In this document: one piece after another, positions 59,183-64,000 of the stretch
How the letters are laid out: every line of letters starts with the position of its first letter
Position numbering within the stretch: position 1 is the stretch's first letter
Origin: Patescibacteria group bacterium
GTDB lineage: Bacteria; Patescibacteriota; Minisyncoccia; UBA6257; 2-01-FULL-56-20
Assembly: GCA_018971305.1 (NCBI GenBank)
Contig: JAGXBC010000003.1
Location: 156,325 to 220,324 of the forward strand
Direction: 5' to 3'
DNA length: 64,000 nucleotides
Translations under genes and position numbers: made by a program
The notes under the pieces: model-generated
Told to the model about the DNA's origin: nothing
Databases searched by the model: none
What the model saw: only the letters and a program-made list of their open reading frames with translations

Positions 59183-59323
59183 AATGCCTTTGGATACTTA
59201 TTCCCTTTTTGCCTTTCCTCCTCACAAGGAAAAACCCAAAGGATAAAATTTCGTATCTTCGTGTTTAATTGTAACAAAATTGCCGAAATAAAAATAGAGC
59301 GGTTGTGGATATCCTTGAAACAC

Positions 59324-59818
59324 TTATTTAACGCTTAAAAGTTCTACCGTGAAATGCAATGTTGAATTCGCCGGTATTGAGCCAACCGCCTGACCACCAT
59401 AACCAAGCTCAGGGGGAATAACGAGGGTGCGCTTGCCGCCAACTTTCATTCCGGCAACACCCAAATCCCAACCCTGGATGACCTGCCCCTGCCCCAGCGT
59501 AAAACTAAACGGCTGCACATGCTGGAACTTCGCATTGGTATTGCTGTCAAAAATCGTGCCGTCATCAAGAGTACCGGTATAATTTACCGTAACCGTGTTG
59601 CCATTCTTAGCCTCTGAGCCAGTACCAACCGTTACGTCCGTAACTTTAAATTTAGACAAAATATCCGCCTGAGCCTGTGCTTGCGCCTGTGCTGCCGCTG
59701 CCTGATCCGCTGATTCTTGTTGTTGAGCTTTGTTGTCCAAGTTATGATTGTACCAAATTCCGCCAAAAACCAAAGCTACCGCAACCGCTACAAATATTGC
59801 AATTTTAAATGTTTTCAT
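59324..59818 (-). CDS. FKBP-type peptidyl-prolyl isomerase, membrane-anchored
   Basis: V.YTG.L.DG..FDS, VI.GWD.G..GMKVGG.R.L.IP.ELGYG, IP.NS.L.F.VEL. Confidence 0.96.
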   Translation of the reverse strand: MKTFKIAIFVAVAVALVFGGIWYNHNLDNKAQQQESADQAAAAQAQAQAQADILSKFKVTDVTVGTGSEAKNGNTVTVNYTGTLDDGTIFDSNTNAKFQHVQPFSFTLGQGQVIQGWDLGVAGMKVGGKRTLVIPPELGYGGQAVGSIPANSTLHFTVELLSVK

Positions 59819-59835
59819 AAGATTATTTAATTATT

Positions 59836-60180
59836 CTAACTTATTTTCGATCCCGGTGGCGCCTCCTTGTCCACCGTTAGAATTATTGGCTCGCCATTCT
59901 CGTCGTGAGCCGCAAGGAGCATCCCCTGGCTCTCCAGCCCCATCAGCTTGCGCGGATCGAGATTGACGACTATCACAATTTCTCTTTGCAATAAACTTTC
60001 CGGCTCATATTTTTTTCCGATACCAGCCACGATTTGCCTCTTTCCAAGCCCCGAGCCGTCCGCTGAGTCGCCGCCAAGGTCAACTTCCAATTTAATTAAT
60101 TTCTCTGAATCCGGCACGCGTTCAGCAGCAAGCACGCGACCTACGCGCAAATCAATATTTTTAAATTCATCGAATGTCAC
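59836..60180 (-). CDS. tRNA-binding OB-fold protein (MetRS C-terminal/Trbp111/CsaA family)
   Basis: F..IDLRVG, KL..L.VDLG, RQIVAGI, N..P....G.ESQGM.LAA. Confidence 0.92.
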   Translation of the reverse strand: MTFDEFKNIDLRVGRVLAAERVPDSEKLIKLEVDLGGDSADGSGLGKRQIVAGIGKKYEPESLLQREIVIVVNLDPRKLMGLESQGMLLAAHDENGEPIILTVDKEAPPGSKIS

Positions 60181-60248
60181 TAAAATATTTTAGCACGGAA
60201 ATTAATACAAATCAAAAAGGGGCGCCAAGCACCCCTATACCGAATAAA

Positions 60249-60476
60249 TTATCTTTTGCAGAAAACTTTATTCAATAATCTTTTAAAAAGTGCCGGCTTT
60301 TTCTTCGCCACCGGAAATAGATCTCTGCAAGCTTCAACCGTTATTTCTACCAAATCAGCTGATGGTTCTACGTCGAACAATCCCTTTTTTTCCATATTAA
60401 GCGCTGCCTGGATTAAATCCTCCGAAAACCCAAGATTACGAAGCTCTAGAGTATTTACATATCTCTTCTTGGCCAT
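60249..60476 (-). CDS. Orphan protein (standalone SD-led unit)
   Basis: TTGTGC-17-TATAAT, AAGGAGG SD, AGGGGTGC..GCGCCCCT with T-run at 60214-60236. Confidence 0.7.
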   Translation of the reverse strand: MAKKRYVNTLELRNLGFSEDLIQAALNMEKKGLFDVEPSADLVEITVEACRDLFPVAKKKPALFKRLLNKVFCKR

Positions 60477-60550
60477 ACTACCCCTCCTTTATATATCTAT
60501 TATATATCTATTAACTAGATGAATTATATTATTTATCTCTTATAAGCACA

Positions 60551-60577
60551 AACGATCCCGCTAAAAGCGGGATCGTT
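60551..60577 (-). terminator. Terminator of the ECF sigma operon
   Basis: Perfect 11-bp stem AACGATCCCGC-TAAAA-GCGGGATCGTT. Confidence 0.8.
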
Positions 60578-60603
60578 GTTTAGATAAGGTTATCAGGAAA
60601 ATT

Positions 60604-61455
60604 TTAACCGTGGTTATTTATCTTATCTTGAAGACCCTTAATCTGGTCCAAAATCTGCTGAATTCTGTCTCTGAGACTCTGGGAATTGCTGTTCTGATTT
60701 CCGTTGCCGTTGTTGCCTTTGTTCTCTGATTGCGTTTCGTTCTCTCCGTTTTTTCCATTATTGGTATTCGTATCGTTTGAACTACGGGCCTTAAGCAAGC
60801 TGTAATCTCTTACAACCTGAGCATATACGACACCAGCATTATTCGGATCAACGCGTCCAGAGACACCAACCTCATCACCAACCTTTATTTGGCTAAAAGT
60901 CACATTGCCGGTAATATGTCCCCCTTCGTTACCTCCGCGGAACAACAGCTGGGGAGCGCTAGACAAATTTACCGTCCAGGTCGTACCCCAAACGCTGCCG
61001 ACAAAAGAATTTGTACCGACACTTACGACTTTCATGCCATGGGTAATAAACTGACCAGCCGGGTTAATGCTCAATTCCGGATTCTTGAAAAGTTGCGGCA
61101 CCGGAGGAGTAGTTGTAGTTTGCGGCAAAGAAGTTATCACGGCCGAACAAGTAGCATTCACCGTGCTTGTCGTAGTGTCACCAACCTGAACACCAGCCTG
61201 ATAAGTACCAGTGGCATTATACGTAGCGGAAACAACACTTGATGTGCTGCCACCGATATTGGTTCCCGTCCAAATGTATGAATATGCTGGAGCACCACCG
61301 CTTGCCGTTGCTGTCCAGGTTATGACGTTTTGTGCCACAGTACCCGAACAAGTTGCGGCTAAATCGGCAGTTTGCGCTCCAGCTAATCCTGCGACAGCAA
61401 GAGCGAGTCCGCCAGCCAAGCTAATAGCCAGCACCAATTTTTTATTTTTAATCAT
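60604..61455 (-). CDS. Secreted protein with PKD/Ig-like and DUF5666-like domains
   Basis: Signal peptide, W.A.A.GG...Y.Y.W.G, G.Y.A.V; I.VGD.V.V.G; Asn/Gly-rich tail. Confidence 0.72.
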   Translation of the reverse strand: MIKNKKLVLAISLAGGLALAVAGLAGAQTADLAATCSGTVAQNVITWTATASGGAPAYSYIWTGTNIGGSTSSVVSATYNATGTYQAGVQVGDTTTSTVNATCSAVITSLPQTTTTPPVPQLFKNPELSINPAGQFITHGMKVVSVGTNSFVGSVWGTTWTVNLSSAPQLLFRGGNEGGHITGNVTFSQIKVGDEVGVSGRVDPNNAGVVYAQVVRDYSLLKARSSNDTNTNNGKNGENETQSENKGNNGNGNQNSNSQSLRDRIQQILDQIKGLQDKINNHG

Positions 61456-62290
61456 CGTTATTATTTTTATTGTTTTCTGTTTCGACCTTTGTGTTTTCGG
61501 AATTATGATTACCATTTATCAACTGAGGGTTTTCTGTCCCAGAAGATTCTTCGTTGCCTTTAATGTTATACGTGGTTGTGGCATTTGTGTTACCGCTATC
61601 GTTCAAGGAATTAATATAGTTATTGGTGCTACTCGCAATGCCATCACACTTATCTCCGAACTTCTGTAATATCTTCGGGTTCTTACCCAAAATTCCCCTC
61701 AAATGCGATGAAGTTGAATTTATGAATAATTTATTCAGCGGATTGCAGAACGCCGGTACGCCGCTTTCGCTGCTCGTCGCTTCGTCTTTTTCGGCGCCCA
61801 GCAAAGAATCTTCGGCGTCATTCTCAAGTTTTGCCACCGCGATATTTACCTTGTAGTGCTGATCTTCCCGATTTGTCCCGCCCACATTACCCTCGCCGTT
61901 ATTCTTGTTATTGCTTTGCCCATTAACGGCTTCTATCTCGTTCAATCTCTCTTCTGCCATTTGAATCTGCAGTTGCGGCTTATCATTACTGCTCGCAAAA
62001 GCCAGAACCAACGACTCATGATATCTTTTCAGCGGATAAAGCGGACTTGTAGGATTAACACTTTGATTATCCGCATAAGCCGCCAGAATATTGGTGAATC
62101 CTATAATGGCGACAACAGCCAAAATCGTCCGAAAGGCAAAAGAAAATCTGTTCCGCGGAACGGTTTTCATAAACTTATTTTCAAATAGCGCCAAGAAGAC
62201 ACCGCGCGATTTCTTGGCGAATTCTTTTCCTGGCGCAAGCGTATTTCTTAACCTGCTCGGCAATTTATCTTGTTCAAAAAAATCTTTCAT
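61448..62290 (-). CDS. Putative membrane anti-sigma factor (DUF5667-like)
   Basis: Directly downstream of the ECF sigma; TM segment then P.SPLYPLKR..E and A.ERL.E. Confidence 0.78.
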   Translation of the reverse strand: MKDFFEQDKLPSRLRNTLAPGKEFAKKSRGVFLALFENKFMKTVPRNRFSFAFRTILAVVAIIGFTNILAAYADNQSVNPTSPLYPLKRYHESLVLAFASSNDKPQLQIQMAEERLNEIEAVNGQSNNKNNGEGNVGGTNREDQHYKVNIAVAKLENDAEDSLLGAEKDEATSSESGVPAFCNPLNKLFINSTSSHLRGILGKNPKILQKFGDKCDGIASSTNNYINSLNDSGNTNATTTYNIKGNEESSGTENPQLINGNHNSENTKVETENNKNNNDD

Positions 62291-62845
62291 TTATTTTTGG
62301 AAATGGTCGCGTATTTTTTGCTTGAGGCGGCTAGCGGAAACCCTAAGCGCACCTTCGGACTTTGCGGCAATCTCGGCTATTTCGCTATAAGACAGTTCGG
62401 CTATATAGCGGAGCTCAAATATTTCTTTTTCGTCGCTGGTCAAAGTATTCACGAACTTTTTTAAAATTTCTGCCTCAAATTTTACGTCTAGATCGATCCT
62501 ACCACCCTCGTCTTCCATTGAGTCCAAGAACATCTCGCTTAAATCAGAGAAGGTCTGGCTTTTTTTTGCACGGAAATAATCAATTATGGTGTTGTGCGCC
62601 AACCGCCAGAACCAGACAACAAAATTTCCTTTTTCTTTATCAAAACCGTCCAAATTATCTAAGGTCTTTAGAAATATATCCTGAGTCAGGTCTTCGGCAA
62701 GTTCGCGATTGCGTAATCTGTTCATGCAGAATCCGAACGTTTTGGAGAAAAGATTATCGTATAGTCCTTCGGCAGCTCCCTTGTCACCGTTTTTAGCGCG
62801 CAGAGCGAGCCGAGTCAGGTTGTCTTGTCCGATATTCAATTTCAT
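62291..62845 (-). CDS. ECF RNA polymerase sigma factor
   Basis: AEDLTQDIF.K, F..W...LAHN..IDY.R, LSY.EIA, RV..SR. Confidence 0.93.
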   Translation of the reverse strand: MKLNIGQDNLTRLALRAKNGDKGAAEGLYDNLFSKTFGFCMNRLRNRELAEDLTQDIFLKTLDNLDGFDKEKGNFVVWFWRLAHNTIIDYFRAKKSQTFSDLSEMFLDSMEDEGGRIDLDVKFEAEILKKFVNTLTSDEKEIFELRYIAELSYSEIAEIAAKSEGALRVSASRLKQKIRDHFQK

Positions 62846-62850
62846 AGATA

Positions 62851-62878
62851 AATACGTTTTAAAAGATTTACTGTTACA
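62851..62878 (-). promoter_or_regulatory. Putative autoregulatory ECF-type promoter
   Basis: TGTAAC-N16-CGTA, matching the TGAAAC-N16-CGTA class, 7 nt before the sigma ATG. Confidence 0.6.
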
Positions 62879-62932
62879 AAGCAATGTATCATCTTTCAAC
62901 GAACATTGGAGTAACACCCTATTGGCTAACAG

Positions 62933-63499
62933 TTAGATTTCTTCCGATTCACGCCTTCTTGCCAAGATGCCAAGAAGGAGCAATAAAACAAATCCCGTGA
63001 GAGCCATAGTGGGAATCGTGACATAGCCATACTCCATAAAGTAAACGTGCGCGCAATCAGATGAGCCGTTTGCCGCGCAAGGAACAAGAGAGCTACCGCC
63101 AAACTGTAAATAAGAATTATATATTGAAATTGCACCGCCTATCACCGAAAGCGGAATAGTGTATTGCCACCATTTCTTTGATTTATTGGAGAGGGCAACA
63201 CCCAATATTACTACTTGAGGATAAAGGAAAATTCTCTGCCACCAGCATAAAACACAAGGGACAAATCCTACGATATCGGAATAAAACAAACTGACGATCA
63301 TTGCAATAAGAGCTATCAAAAAAGAGAATATGAGCGCCCTATCTTTAAAGAAACCTAACAATTTCCAGACCGCGTCGGCATCAGAGTTCTCCGCTGGTTT
63401 CTCTTTGAATGCGGCAAATAATAGAAACAAGGCCAACGCACCGCCAAAGACAGTGGCCAAAGAAAGTATATGAGTTACAGATTCTACTAGCGGAGACAT
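62933..63499 (-). CDS. dsbB: Disulfide bond formation protein B (BdbC/DsbB family)
   Basis: SL.YS...G..PCVLCW.QRI..YP, second Cys pair, TIP.M.L..F. Confidence 0.9.
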   Translation of the reverse strand: MSPLVESVTHILSLATVFGGALALFLLFAAFKEKPAENSDADAVWKLLGFFKDRALIFSFLIALIAMIVSLFYSDIVGFVPCVLCWWQRIFLYPQVVILGVALSNKSKKWWQYTIPLSVIGGAISIYNSYLQFGGSSLVPCAANGSSDCAHVYFMEYGYVTIPTMALTGFVLLLLLGILARRRESEEI

Positions 63500-63502
63500 T
63501 CT

Positions 63503-63886
63503 TTATTGAGCCGGCAATGTACAACCGGATTTATCGGCAAGCGTCTGCAATGAGGTTTCACCGGTGTTCCGCGAGCCGTCCGGAAAAACCCATGTAGGAT
63601 AACTTTGAATTCCCTTGTCTATACAGATCTGCGTCTGGCTTTCGTCTGGATTAGAACACTCAACGTAAGGTAAGAGATCAACGGCATTGCCGAATAACTT
63701 CTTTTGAGCCGCGCAATGCGGACACCAAAATGCTCCATAAAAAGCGACCCCTTTGTCCTTAAGACAGGAAGCGAAAGGACCTAAATTAGTTGGTCCCGGT
63801 TTAACTGATGGATAGATCAGGAACCCAAGACCCAAGACCACTAATATAGCCAAGATTATATAAAAACCCGTATTTTTTTTCTTCAT
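63503..63886 (-). CDS. Membrane-anchored thioredoxin-like protein
   Basis: FA.CL......FYGAFWCPHC..QK..FG, YVEC, I.SYPTW. Confidence 0.88.
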   Translation of the reverse strand: MKKKNTGFYIILAILVVLGLGFLIYPSVKPGPTNLGPFASCLKDKGVAFYGAFWCPHCAAQKKLFGNAVDLLPYVECSNPDESQTQICIDKGIQSYPTWVFPDGSRNTGETSLQTLADKSGCTLPAQ

Positions 63887-64000
63887 ATAATTATCAAACA
63901 ATAATAACAAATTATAGAAGAAAACGGTAGACGGCGATATTTTCAGGAATGAATTAAACGATGATAGGGTTTCCAAAAGTGATAAACAAAATAGCATCGT

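Noticed and set aside
63890-64000. 3' end of an upstream gene such as VKOR
   Set aside because: No frame gives a recognisable motif within the available sequence.

Overview
A 64-kb stretch of a reduced bacterial genome, most likely Patescibacteria (CPR, Parcubacteria-like). This is inferred from the short EF-Ts, the truncated ATP synthase delta and epsilon subunits, the VirB4/VirD4-like ATPase with its membrane partner, the sigma-r4/HARE-HTH fusion and the AT-rich gene starts lacking SD sequences. Core content: fmt/def, ftsW-murG-gltX, murC, obgE, an ABC-F protein, a DEAD helicase, rpmA/rplI, ctpA, trmD, secDF, tRNA-Tyr, tsf/rpsB, nth/mpg, a full F1Fo operon, an ECF sigma/anti-sigma unit, and DsbB/thioredoxin. 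No CRISPR array, rRNA, transposase or integrase was seen. The main unexplained pattern is two separate expression grammars. About 19 core genes start 6-8 nt after a -10 box (apparently leaderless) and operon-internal genes lack SD sequences. In contrast, 14 small, mostly orphan genes between them each form a self-contained unit: sigma70-like promoter, strong GGAG(G)-type SD, single ORF and own hairpin terminator. These include an Acidobacteria-like STAS protein, a pseudo-receiver domain, phage-like proteins and two genes missed by the ORF track. Other leads: a recurring AAAGGTCG leader motif, a degenerate amidohydrolase coupled to ftsW, att-like remnants next to tRNA-Tyr, two genes split at A8 tracts, and short repeats inserted in frame into essential genes. 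All product calls come from visual motif recognition, not database searches.
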